A DNA stretch of 37,239 bases from a virus. Its lineage: Duplodnaviria > Caudoviricetes. The stretch covers positions 1-37,239 of IMG/VR virus record IMGVR_UViG_3300010362_000055. The stretch is one strand, 5' to 3'. The notes under the pieces were generated by a model that was not told the DNA's origin, did not search any database, and saw only the letters and a list, made by a program, of their open reading frames with translations. Below are positions 1 to 8,749 of the stretch, one piece after another; position 1 is the first letter of the stretch; each line of letters opens with the position of its first letter. The translations under genes were made by a program, and so were the position numbers.

Positions 1-375
1 GCTCATCCAGCCCTGGGCGTCGCGGCGGGTGGCGTGGTTCACCACGGCGCTGTGCGCCTCGCACACCGTGGCCCAGGGGCCGCCCTCAGGGTCCAGGCCG
101 GCCTCAGCGGCCCGGTACAGGCCCACCTCGGTGCCGGTGCTGCGGGCACGGCTCAGGCGCACCAGCCCATCAACGGTGCTGACGGCCCGCACGGGCACCG
201 CCTGGGTGCCCTGGCCCCGGTCCGCGAACCGCACGACGACGATGCCGGCGCCGGCAGCCTGCACGGTGCCCCGCCGGTTGTACGCCCACACCGGCTGGCC
301 CTTGACCAGCTGCGGGCGCGCCGCAGGGGCGCCCGAAGGCGCCCCCTTGGCTGCGTGGTTGTGAGCGGCGCTCAC
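1..375 (-). CDS. Hypothetical protein, truncated at window edge, with C-x2-H motif
   Basis: Open frame from GTG at 375, which overlaps the TGA of the upstream gene, to the edge: VSAAHNH...RPQLVKGQPVWAYNRRG...GPWATVCEAHSAVVNHATRRDAQGWMS. GC3-rich codons. Not in the ORF track. Confidence 0.7.
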   Translation of the reverse strand, partial: MSAAHNHAAKGAPSGAPAARPQLVKGQPVWAYNRRGTVQAAGAGIVVVRFADRGQGTQAVPVRAVSTVDGLVRLSRARSTGTEVGLYRAAEAGLDPEGGPWATVCEAHSAVVNHATRRDAQGWMS

Positions 376-1108
376 TTGACGGCCCGCAGCTTGCGGCCGG
401 CGTTGGCCGGGGCCTTGGTGGCCTTGCGGGCGTTGGCGCTGTCACGCCCGGCCTGGGCGGTGGCGTCAGCGGCAACCAGGTTGCCGCAGCGCTTGCACCA
501 GCTGGCCCGCTGCGCCGCCCGGCCCTGGGTGATGGCCTCACCCACGCTGGCCGCCTTGCGGGTGGCGCCGTGGGGGTTGCAGCGCACCAGGTAGCCCTTC
601 CGTCCTCAGCCTTGAACACGTCGAACGCCACGGTCAGGTGCACGGTGGGCACGTAGCCCTTGGGGGCCGCGTGGGCCGGGGCCGCCTGGCGGCCGGCCTT
701 GGGGCCATCAGCCTCGGGGGCCTTGGTGGCCTTGGCCTTGGCCGGGGCCTTGGCGGCCGCCTTGGTGGCCTCCTTGGCGTCAGCCACGTTGGCGGCGGTC
801 ATGTTGGTGACCACCTTGGCGGCCTGCGCCTTGGTGGCGGCCGTGGCGTTGGTGCTGTTGCGCATGCCCCAGGCGCCCAGCAGCCGGCGCAGGCTGTTCA
901 GCGCCTGGCTGTCGCCCCGCTGGCCGGCGGCCTTGGCCTCGCTGATGGCCACGTCAACCGCCCCCGCCAGGGTGGTGGGGTCGGTGTTGAACGTGATGGT
1001 GCTGGCGGTGCTGTCCGCGATCAGCAGGGCGGGCATCCACTTGTGGGCCGCCTGCGCCTGCATGGCCGTGCGGCCCGTCAGCTTGGTGGTGGTGGGGGTC
1101 TTGCTCAT
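372..1108 (-). CDS. Ala/Lys-rich hypothetical protein with C-terminal CxxH...CxxC module, interrupted by a frameshift near 600
   Basis: ATG at 1108 with AAGGAG RBS (MSKTPTTTK...). The coding-like frame switches at VFKAEDG to KGYLVRCNPHG...WCKRC...RAVK*. Confidence 0.65.
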
Positions 1109-1149
1109 GGCTCTTGCTCCTTGGGTTGTGGTGCTTGCTTGCGGTGTCC

Positions 1150-1168
1150 ATGATACCAGGGCGCCCTG
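1150..1168 (-). promoter_or_regulatory. Extended -10 promoter with overlapping palindromic operator
   Basis: Minus strand TGgTATCAT (-10 at 1155-1150). Perfect palindrome CAGGGCGCCCTG at 1157-1168. Confidence 0.45.
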
Positions 1169-1226
1169 ACAATGCATACACCCTGGCCGACATCTGTTCG
1201 TGTGAACTTCGTCACGCCCAGGGGAG

Positions 1227-2834
1227 GTGCTGCCTGTGGCCCCCAGCTGCGACCAGTGCGGCACCCGCGGCGCCCACCACTGCGGCCCCCGCGTCGAGCG
1301 CGTCGAGGCCGTGTTCTCTGAACTGCTGCGCCACACGAAGGGCCGGTGGGCGCGGCGCCCGTTCAAGCTGACCGCCTGGCAGCTGGGCGACATCGTGGGG
1401 CCGCTGTTCGGTGACGTGGAGTACGACCCCGCCGGCAAGGCGTGGGTGCGCACCCACCGGGTGGCGTGGATCGAACTGGCCCGCAAGAACGGCAAGAGCG
1501 AACTGCTGGCCGGCATCGCGCTGGTGCTCACCGTGGCCGACGACGAAGAGTCAGCCGAGGTGTACGGGGCGGCCGTTGACCGCGACCAGGCCAGCATCGT
1601 GTGGGCCGTGGCCGAGCGCATGGTGCAGCTGTCGCCCACGCTCAGCCGCCGGCTGCGCATCTACCGCCAAGCCAAGCGCATCGTGGACCAGCGCACCGCC
1701 AGCTACTACCAGGTGCTGGCCGGCGACGCCCTAGGGAACCTGGGCCTCAACCCGCACGGCGTGCTGTTCGACGAGGTGCACGCCCAACGTGACCGGCAGC
1801 TGTGGGATGCCCTGCGCACCAGCATGGGCACCCGGCTACAGCCGCTGATGGTGGCGGCCACCACCGCCGGCAACGACCCCGCCGGCTTCGCCGCCCAGGA
1901 ACACGCCTACAGCGAGCAGGTGGCGGCCGACCCCGCCCTCGACCGCCGCCGGCTCGTGTACCTGCGCAACATGCCGGCCGACGCCGACCCCTGGGACGAA
2001 GCCAACTGGTACCACCCCAACCCGGCGCTGGGCGACTTCCTCAGCCTGGGCGCCCTGCGCGACGAAGCGCATGAGGCCCGCCTGGCGCCGGCCCGGGAGA
2101 ACGCGTTCCGCCAGTACCGCTGCAACCAGTGGGTGCGCAGCGTGGTGCGCTGGCTCAGCCTCGACGCCTGGGACGCCACCGCCGGCCTGGTGGACGAGGA
2201 CGCCCTGGCCGGCCGGCGCTGCTACGGCGGCCTCGACCTGGCCAACACGCAAGACCTCACCGCCCTCTGCTGGGCGTTCCCTGGGCCTGACGGCGCCGTG
2301 CAGCTGCTGTGGCGCCACTGGTGCCCCGAGGACCGCCTAGCCGACCTCGACGCCCGCACAGGCGGCAACGCCAGCGCCTGGGCACGCCAGGGCTACCTGA
2401 CCCTGACCCCAGGCAACGTGCTCGACCACGCCGCCGTGCTCACCCAGGTGGACGCCGACGCCCACCGCTTCGACGTGGTGGACCTGGCCTACGACCGCTG
2501 GGGCATGGCGCAGCTGCGCATCGACCTGGCCGACGCCGGCCTCGCGGTGGTGGACATGGGCCAGGGGTTCGCGTCGATGTCGCCGCCCACCAAGGCGTTC
2601 GAACGGCTGGTGCTGGCGGGGCAGCTGCACCACGGCGGCAACCCGCTGGTGCGCTGGCAGGCCGGGCACGTGGTGACCGCCACCGACGCCGCCGGCAACC
2701 TCAAGCCCGACAAGGCCCGCTCCCACGAGAAGATCGACGGCATCGTGGCCGGGGTCATGGCGCTCGACCGCCTCACCCGGGCGCAGGCCCCCCGCCGGAG
2801 CGCCTACGAGGCCAGCGGGCTGGACGTGATCTGA
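1227..2834 (+). CDS. terL: Terminase large subunit
   Basis: GGAGG RBS, Walker A ARKNGKS, Walker B VLFDEVH, nuclease motifs GGLDLA and KIDGIVA. Confidence 0.96.
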   Translation: MLPVAPSCDQCGTRGAHHCGPRVERVEAVFSELLRHTKGRWARRPFKLTAWQLGDIVGPLFGDVEYDPAGKAWVRTHRVAWIELARKNGKSELLAGIALVLTVADDEESAEVYGAAVDRDQASIVWAVAERMVQLSPTLSRRLRIYRQAKRIVDQRTASYYQVLAGDALGNLGLNPHGVLFDEVHAQRDRQLWDALRTSMGTRLQPLMVAATTAGNDPAGFAAQEHAYSEQVAADPALDRRRLVYLRNMPADADPWDEANWYHPNPALGDFLSLGALRDEAHEARLAPARENAFRQYRCNQWVRSVVRWLSLDAWDATAGLVDEDALAGRRCYGGLDLANTQDLTALCWAFPGPDGAVQLLWRHWCPEDRLADLDARTGGNASAWARQGYLTLTPGNVLDHAAVLTQVDADAHRFDVVDLAYDRWGMAQLRIDLADAGLAVVDMGQGFASMSPPTKAFERLVLAGQLHHGGNPLVRWQAGHVVTATDAAGNLKPDKARSHEKIDGIVAGVMALDRLTRAQAPRRSAYEASGLDVI

Positions 2835-2836
2835 CC

Positions 2837-3046
2837 GTGTGGGCCTACAGCCGCACCGTGGTGCGCCGCCGGGTGCTGGTGCACCTGCTGGGCGGACGCA
2901 CCCTCGACGGGGTGCTGTGGCGCAGCCAGGGGCCGCTGCTGGTGCTGCGCGACACGAAGTTGATCGAAGCCGGCCGCATCGTGCCGGTGGATGGTGAGGT
3001 GATCGTGGAACGCAGCCGCATCGAGTTCATCCAGGCGCTGCCGTGA
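2837..3046 (+). CDS. Small Sm/LSm-like fold protein (69 aa)
   Basis: Fills the terL-portal gap with a GTGA overlap. RVLVHLLGGRTLDGVL...LVLRD...GEVIVERSRIEFIQ resembles the Sm1/Sm2 pattern. Confidence 0.75.
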   Translation: MWAYSRTVVRRRVLVHLLGGRTLDGVLWRSQGPLLVLRDTKLIEAGRIVPVDGEVIVERSRIEFIQALP

Positions 3047-4332
3047 GCATCACTGTCCTGTCGGGCGGTGTGCCCATGCTGCTCAGCAAGCCGCTGCCCT
3101 GGCCCACCATGGGCTGGTACAGCGGCGACAGCTGCGGCTGCACGCCCGCCAGCCTGGAAGAGGTGTACCGCACCCACCCGGGCGTGCGGACGTGCATCAG
3201 CTTCCTGGCCACCAACATCGCCCAGGTCACCATCCACACGTACCGCCGGGAGGGCGAGTACGACCGGCAGCGCCTGCGGGACCACCCCGTGGCCGTAGCG
3301 CTCGACCAGCCGTGGCCGGGCGTCAGCCAGTACCGGCTGATGGAGTCCACCGTCAGCGATGTGGCCATCTACGGCGACGCGTTCTGGCTCAAGGTCGCGT
3401 GGCCGGGCGACCGGGAGCGCATCGGGCTGCGGCGGGTGCCGCCGGCCCGCCTGGCCCGCATCGAACCTGACGCCCTGGGAAGCCCACAGACCTTTGTGTT
3501 CGTCAGCTACCCGGACGGCAACGAGGTGACCGTGCGGGCCGACCAGGTGGTGTGGTTCCGCAGCTACGACCCCACCGAGGCGTACGGCTCGACGGCCATC
3601 ACGTCGCTGCGCAACCTGGTGGCCGAGGACTACGAGGCCGCCCAGTACCGCCAGCAGCTGTGGCGCCGGGGCGCCCGGCTGGGCGGCGTGCTCAAGCGCC
3701 CGGCCGACGCACCCGAGTGGTCCGAGGTGGCCGAGACGCGGTTCAAGGCCGAGTGGGCCGCCTGGTACTCGGGTGACGGCCCCCAGGCCGGCGGCACGCC
3801 CATCCTGCAAGACGGCATGGACTACGTGACGGGTGGGTTCACCGCCGAGCAGGCCCAGTACCTCGACGCCCGCAAGATGACCCTGGTGCAGATCGCGGCC
3901 GCGTTCCATGTGCCGCCGCCCATGGTGGGCATCCTCGACAACGCCAACTTCGCCAACGTCCGCGAGTTCCACCGCAGCCTGTACCAGGACACGCTCGGCC
4001 CCTGGTTCCGCATGATCGAGCAGGAGATCGCCAACGCGGTGATCCCCGACTTCGATGACACCGCCGGGGTCTACTGCGAGTTCAACGTGGCCGAGAAGCT
4101 GCGCGGCAGCTTCGAAGAGCAGGCCGCCGCCCTGCAGACCGCGGTGGGCGCCCCGTGGATGAGCCGCAGCGAAGCCCGCGCCCGCATGAACCTGCCCGAG
4201 CGCGAAGACGCCGACCAGCTGATCGTGCCGCTCAACGTGAGCACCACCGTGCCCCCCGAGGGCGCACCGCCCGCTGAGCCGGGCGCAGCTGCCCGCAGCA
4301 ACGGCAACGGGCACCACCCCCAGTACGCCTGA
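3043..4332 (+). CDS. HK97-family portal protein
   Basis: Position after terL. Motifs GGTPILQDGMDY, IAAAFHVPPPMVGILDNANFAN, WMSRSEARARMNLP. Confidence 0.95.
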   Translation: MSITVLSGGVPMLLSKPLPWPTMGWYSGDSCGCTPASLEEVYRTHPGVRTCISFLATNIAQVTIHTYRREGEYDRQRLRDHPVAVALDQPWPGVSQYRLMESTVSDVAIYGDAFWLKVAWPGDRERIGLRRVPPARLARIEPDALGSPQTFVFVSYPDGNEVTVRADQVVWFRSYDPTEAYGSTAITSLRNLVAEDYEAAQYRQQLWRRGARLGGVLKRPADAPEWSEVAETRFKAEWAAWYSGDGPQAGGTPILQDGMDYVTGGFTAEQAQYLDARKMTLVQIAAAFHVPPPMVGILDNANFANVREFHRSLYQDTLGPWFRMIEQEIANAVIPDFDDTAGVYCEFNVAEKLRGSFEEQAAALQTAVGAPWMSRSEARARMNLPEREDADQLIVPLNVSTTVPPEGAPPAEPGAAARSNGNGHHPQYA

Positions 4333-4389
4333 CCCTCACTCCCCTGCCGCTTGCGCAACGGCGGCCCAGCCCCACCAAGGAGGCCGCCC

Positions 4390-5433
4390 ATGCGCACCAA
4401 GGACGCGCCCGCCACCTACCAGGTGAAGCAAGCCGAGGACGGCTCATCGACCGGCGAGTTCGAAGCGCTGGTGGCCGTGTTCGGCAACGTGGACTACGTG
4501 GGCGACCGGGTGATGCCGGGCGCCTTCGCCAAGAGCCTTGAGCGCTGGGCTGCGTCACCCAACGCGATCCCCGTCATCTACAGCCACGCCCACGACGACC
4601 CCAACGCCTTGCTGGGCGTGGTGATCGACGCCAAGGAGACGGACGAGGGCCTGTGGGTGCGGGGCATGCTCGACCTGGACGCCCCCGCGGCCGCGAGCGT
4701 GCACCGGGCCATGCAAGCCAGGGCGCTCACCAAGTTCTCCTTCGCCTACGACGTGCTGGCCGCCAACCCCGATGAGGCCGATGCCAACGTCACCGAACTG
4801 ACCGAGCTTGACCTGATCGAGGTCGGCCCCACGGTGGTGCCGGCCAACGTCGAGACGGACCTGCTGGCGGTCAAGGCGGCGGCGCTCAAGGCCGGGCGTG
4901 TGCTGAGCGCCAAGAACGAGGACCGGCTGCGCCAGGCCCGTGACCTCCTGGGCGAAGTGCTCGACCAGCTGGCCAGTGGCGACGCCGACAAGGACAGCAA
5001 GGCCGCGATCCGCAGCCACAGCACAGCCACCAGCACCGGCACCTGGGACGCCAACGCCGCCATGGGCCGGCTGAGCACCGCCGAGGGCTACCGGGCCGCC
5101 AGCGCCTGGGTGGACCCCGACGCCGATCCTGACACCCGCGCCGCCTACCGCTTCCCCCATCACGAGGTGGACGGACGGGGCCGCGTGGGGTCCGCCAACC
5201 TGACCGCCGCCAGTGCCGGCATCGGCATCCTCAACGGCGGCCGTGGCGGCACAGCCATCCCCGCGGCGGACCGGCAGGGTGTCTACAACCACCTGGCCCG
5301 GCACCTGCGCGACGGCGACCGCGAGCCGCCACCCCTGAGCGGCACGTCGTCCATCGACCCCCTGTACCTGCGCGCCCGTGCCATGGCGGTGGGCGTGCCC
5401 ACCCCACCCGGAGGACACCGTGACAGTCACTGA
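4390..5433 (+). CDS. HK97-family prohead protease with extra C-terminal domain
   Basis: AAGGAGG RBS. GEFEALVAVFGNVDYVGDRVMPGAF, YSH, FSFAY, LIEVGPTVVPAN. Confidence 0.92.
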   Translation: MRTKDAPATYQVKQAEDGSSTGEFEALVAVFGNVDYVGDRVMPGAFAKSLERWAASPNAIPVIYSHAHDDPNALLGVVIDAKETDEGLWVRGMLDLDAPAAASVHRAMQARALTKFSFAYDVLAANPDEADANVTELTELDLIEVGPTVVPANVETDLLAVKAAALKAGRVLSAKNEDRLRQARDLLGEVLDQLASGDADKDSKAAIRSHSTATSTGTWDANAAMGRLSTAEGYRAASAWVDPDADPDTRAAYRFPHHEVDGRGRVGSANLTAASAGIGILNGGRGGTAIPAADRQGVYNHLARHLRDGDREPPPLSGTSSIDPLYLRARAMAVGVPTPPGGHRDSH

Positions 5434-6721
5434 TGCGGCGCCGGCCCCGACCGACGCTGACGCCAAGATCAAGGCGCTGCAAGAGGAAGCCGCCGGCCTG
5501 GTTGCCCGTGTGGACGACGAGGCCCGCGACTTCACCCCCGAAGAGCAGGACCGCGTGCGGGCCATCTTCGAAGAGGCCAAGGCGCTGCGCGACCGCGGCC
5601 GCAAGCAAGCCGAGCGGGTGCAGCTGCTGGACGACATCAAGGGCCTGGTGACCCCGGCCGAGGCCGAGGTCATCAACACCAAGGCGTTGGAGCAGCCCCG
5701 CCGCACGGCACCGGGCAAGGCCCTGACGCTGTACGACCGCTGGGCCGAAGACCCCGGCATCAAGGCGTTCATGGAGGCCAACGCCAACGGCTTCTCCGAC
5801 TCGGTCAAGGTGCACAGCCCCACCGTGCACCTGCCGGGCCTCAAGGCCATGACCATCACGTCCGCTGTGGTGGCTGAGGGCGGCCTGGTGCGCCCCGACT
5901 GGCTGGGCATGCTCGACCCGTTCTACCAGCGGCCCCTGGTCGTGCGGAACGTGGTCACGGCCGGCACCACCACGTCGGACACGATCGAGTTCGCCCGGCT
6001 GGAGAGCGTCACCAACAACGCCGACGTGGTGGCCGAGGCCAGCGACACCGCCGGCAGCGGCGTCAAGCCGCAGTCAACGCTGACCTTCGAGAAGGTCACC
6101 ACCACGGTCAAGACCATCGCCCACTGGATGGCCGCCACCAAGCGGGCACTGGCCGACACCGGCCAGCTGCGCACGCTCATCGACGAGTTTCTGCGGTACG
6201 GCGTCGAGGAGAAGCTTGAGGACGAGATCGTCAACGGTGACGGCACAGGCGAGCACTTCCTGGGGTTGCTCAACACCCCGGGCACCCTGGCGCAGCCGTT
6301 CGACACCGACTCCCTGGCCACCATCCGCAAGGCCATCACCCAGGTGCAGATCACGGGCCGCACCCAGCCCAACGCCCTGCTGCTCAACCCCGCCGACGAC
6401 GAGGCGTTCGATCTACTCAAGGGCGGCGACGGCAACTACATGCAGGGCAACCTGGTGCCGTGGGTTGGCGGCCAGCCCCGCACCGTGTGGGGCATCGCCC
6501 GCATCGTCTCCGAGGCCATGCCGGTGGGCACCGCCCTGCTGGGCAACTTCCGGTTCGCCGTGCTGTGGGACCGGGAGCGGGCCACCCTGACCGCCACCGA
6601 CAGCCACGACGACTTCTTCATCCGCAACCTGGTCGCCATCCTGTGCGAACTGCGGGCGGCGTTCGGCGTGCTGCGGCCCCAAGCGTTCTGCGAGGTGGCC
6701 CTGGCGGCAGCGACCCCTTGA
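5420..6721 (+). CDS. HK97-fold major capsid protein
   Basis: GGAGG RBS with GTG at 5420. N-terminal coiled-coil delta domain, KTIAHW...RALAD, GDGTGEHFLGLLN, FIRNLVAILCELR. Confidence 0.95.
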   Translation: MTVTDAAPAPTDADAKIKALQEEAAGLVARVDDEARDFTPEEQDRVRAIFEEAKALRDRGRKQAERVQLLDDIKGLVTPAEAEVINTKALEQPRRTAPGKALTLYDRWAEDPGIKAFMEANANGFSDSVKVHSPTVHLPGLKAMTITSAVVAEGGLVRPDWLGMLDPFYQRPLVVRNVVTAGTTTSDTIEFARLESVTNNADVVAEASDTAGSGVKPQSTLTFEKVTTTVKTIAHWMAATKRALADTGQLRTLIDEFLRYGVEEKLEDEIVNGDGTGEHFLGLLNTPGTLAQPFDTDSLATIRKAITQVQITGRTQPNALLLNPADDEAFDLLKGGDGNYMQGNLVPWVGGQPRTVWGIARIVSEAMPVGTALLGNFRFAVLWDRERATLTATDSHDDFFIRNLVAILCELRAAFGVLRPQAFCEVALAAATP

Positions 6722-6786
6722 TCAGGGTCACCGCGACCCCCGTAGCCGGTGACCCGATGACGTTCCAGTTCCAGGCGGCCACGTGA
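6718..6786 (+). CDS. 22-codon ORF, probable -1 frameshift extension of the capsid (N-terminal PKD strands)
   Basis: LIRVTATPVAGDPMTFQFQAAT* in the -1 frame after ACC CCT TGA. Exactly fills the gap between two genes. Confidence 0.55.
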   Translation: MIRVTATPVAGDPMTFQFQAAT

Positions 6787-7454
6787 CGGTCGCCTGGGAC
6801 TTCGGGGACGGAACGACCGCCGCTGAGCCATTCGGCGTCGCGGTGAGCCACAGCTACGTCGAGCCTGGCGATCACACGGTGACCGCCGAGGCGATCGGCC
6901 ACAACGCCGGCGCGGCCACGGTGACCGCCCGGTCCCGCAACCTGCTCGTCAGCGACGATCAGGCGTCATTCGAGGGCGCTGCGCTGGCGGGCTGGACTGG
7001 CAACAACGCCACCGTGGCCGTGACCGACGAGCGGGCCGCCCACGGCCAGTACAGCCTGCTGGTGACAATCACGGGCGCGTCGCCTGCCAGTGCCGACGCC
7101 CGCGTGTCCGTCACCAACCCCGGCGTGGACATCGACGGCCGGCTGCTGACGTTCATCGCCTCGCTGTGGGTGCCTTACGCGGGCCGCAGCGGCCGGCTAA
7201 CGGTCGGCTACCTGGACGCCACGGGCACCCAGTTCGGCTCCGCGCAGCAGCTGACCAACCAGACCCTGGCGGCCAACCAGTGGACGCAGCTGCGGGCCGA
7301 CCTGGTGATGCGCGAGGGCAGCGTCGGCTTCCTGCTTCGGCTGGTCGTGGCCGGCGGCGTCACGGGCGACCTGTTCTACGCCGACCGCGTGGGCGTATTC
7401 CTGGGCGCCGTCCAGTCCCCCGACTGGGCGCTGCCGTCAGCCACGCCCGCCTGA
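6783..7454 (+). CDS. PKD-domain plus carbohydrate-binding-like domain virion protein
   Basis: WDFGDG...HSYVEPGDHTVT PKD signature, then RNLL...QASFEG...GW beta-sandwich (CBM4/9-like). Confidence 0.8.
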   Translation: MTVAWDFGDGTTAAEPFGVAVSHSYVEPGDHTVTAEAIGHNAGAATVTARSRNLLVSDDQASFEGAALAGWTGNNATVAVTDERAAHGQYSLLVTITGASPASADARVSVTNPGVDIDGRLLTFIASLWVPYAGRSGRLTVGYLDATGTQFGSAQQLTNQTLAANQWTQLRADLVMREGSVGFLLRLVVAGGVTGDLFYADRVGVFLGAVQSPDWALPSATPA

Positions 7455-7509
7455 GATGTGCGGCCCGGCTCGCTCCGGGTGGCACCAACCCGCGGGGCCG
7501 GCGGCCGCC

Positions 7510-7542
7510 CGGCTGTGTTGTTGCGCCGGCCGTGCACAGCCG
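7510..7542 (+). terminator. Hairpin downstream of the capsid/PKD genes
   Basis: CGGCTGTG...CACAGCCG inverted repeat in an intergenic gap. No U-tract. Confidence 0.3.
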
Positions 7543-7569
7543 CCGACCCCGCACCACAAAGGAGGCGCC

Positions 7570-7788
7570 ATGCCCAACGACGACGAACTGGTCACGGTGC
7601 CGATCGCGCCGGGCCGCTGGCAGAAGATGACCCGCCGCCAGGCGGCCGCGGCTGGCTACGACCTGCCCGGCGACGAACCGCCCCCGGAGCCTGAGCCGGA
7701 CGCCAAGACGCGTACGCCCGCGAACAAGGCCCGCAAGGCGCCGGCCAAGGCCCCCGCCAAGAAGGCCACCAGCCGCCGCCGGTCGTGA
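7570..7788 (+). CDS. Small Lys/Ala/Pro-rich hypothetical head-region protein
   Basis: AAAGGAGG RBS, ATG at 7570, GTGA overlap with the next gene. Confidence 0.8.
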   Translation: MPNDDELVTVPIAPGRWQKMTRRQAAAAGYDLPGDEPPPEPEPDAKTRTPANKARKAPAKAPAKKATSRRRS

Positions 7789-8324
7789 CCACCAGCCTCG
7801 CCACACCCGAGCAGCTGGCCGCCGTCTGCCCCGACGTGGACCCCGACAACGCCCAGAACCTGCTCGACCAGGCCACGGTGATCTTGCAGTCGGAGACGGG
7901 CCAGACCCTGCTGGCCGTGGACGGCGCCCGGGTGCTGCTCGACAGCGAAGGCGCCAACGTGGTGCTGCTGCCCGAGGTGCCCGTGCGGGCCGTGGACAAG
8001 GTTGTGGTCGAGGGCGTCGAACTGACGCCGGACGAGTACGAGTGGTCGAGCGACGGCATGCTGCGGCTGCTGGGCGCCTGCGCCGTGTTCCCTCAGCGGT
8101 TCCAGTCGGTGGACGTGATCTACGACCACGGCTTCGACCCGATCCCCGCCGACCTGGCGCTGGCCGCGTGCGGCATCGCCTGCCGGCTCAGCAAGGCTCA
8201 GGCCGGTCAGACCGGCGAGGTCACCTTCGAAGCGGTGGGCAGCTACCAGGTCCGCTACGCCACCGCCGTGGGCCTCACCAGCGTGGAGGCGTCCGTGGTG
8301 AACCGCTACCGGGTGGGGCGATGA
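7785..8324 (+). CDS. Head-tail connector/adaptor
   Basis: Position. LATPEQL, YDHGFDPIPADL, EAVGSYQVRY, VNRYR motifs. Confidence 0.8.
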   Translation: MTTSLATPEQLAAVCPDVDPDNAQNLLDQATVILQSETGQTLLAVDGARVLLDSEGANVVLLPEVPVRAVDKVVVEGVELTPDEYEWSSDGMLRLLGACAVFPQRFQSVDVIYDHGFDPIPADLALAACGIACRLSKAQAGQTGEVTFEAVGSYQVRYATAVGLTSVEASVVNRYRVGR

Positions 8325-8749
8325 GCGCCACCAACCAGCCCGCGTTCTTGACCGTGACCGAAGGCCCCGCAATCCGGCCGCGGGCGCTGGCGGCGCCGGC
8401 TGCCACCCAGGCGGTGGGCACCCTGCCCCTGGCGGTGGACCTGGTGCTGTACCGGGGCGACGACTTCTACCTCGACGTGGCGGTCACCGACGACGCCGGC
8501 CAGCCCTTCACCCTGGCCGGCTACACCCCCGCCGCGCAGGTGCGGCAGACGACCGACGCCGCCGAGATCGTTGCCACGTTCGTGGCCACGGTGAGCACCA
8601 ACGTGGTGCACCTGCACCTGACCGCGGCGGTGGCGGTGGGCCTCACCGATGGCGTGTGGGACGTGCAAGTCACCAGCGCCGCCGGCGAGGTGACCACGCT
8701 GGCGTTCGGCGCCGTGCGCGTCACCCACGACGTGACCCGCACCCCATGA
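8321..8749 (+). CDS. Beta-sandwich virion protein (fibre adaptor-like)
   Basis: DLVLYRGDDF...LAGYTPAAQVR...GVWDVQVT...TLAFGAVRVTHDVTR. ATGA overlaps at both ends. Confidence 0.7.
   Translation: MSATNQPAFLTVTEGPAIRPRALAAPAATQAVGTLPLAVDLVLYRGDDFYLDVAVTDDAGQPFTLAGYTPAAQVRQTTDAAEIVATFVATVSTNVVHLHLTAAVAVGLTDGVWDVQVTSAAGEVTTLAFGAVRVTHDVTRTP

Noticed and set aside
359-375. Resemblance to the lac operator (TTGTGAGCGG)
   Set aside because: Short chance match within coding sequence; no vector context.
170-1660. 496-aa minus-strand ORF
   Set aside because: Composite: the 5' part is antisense to terL, the real start is ATG 1108, and the part below about 600 is off-frame.
2845-5910. Long antisense ORFs (490 and 451 aa) and similar shadow ORFs across the window
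   Set aside because: They mirror well-supported + strand genes, which is expected in stop-poor GC-rich DNA.
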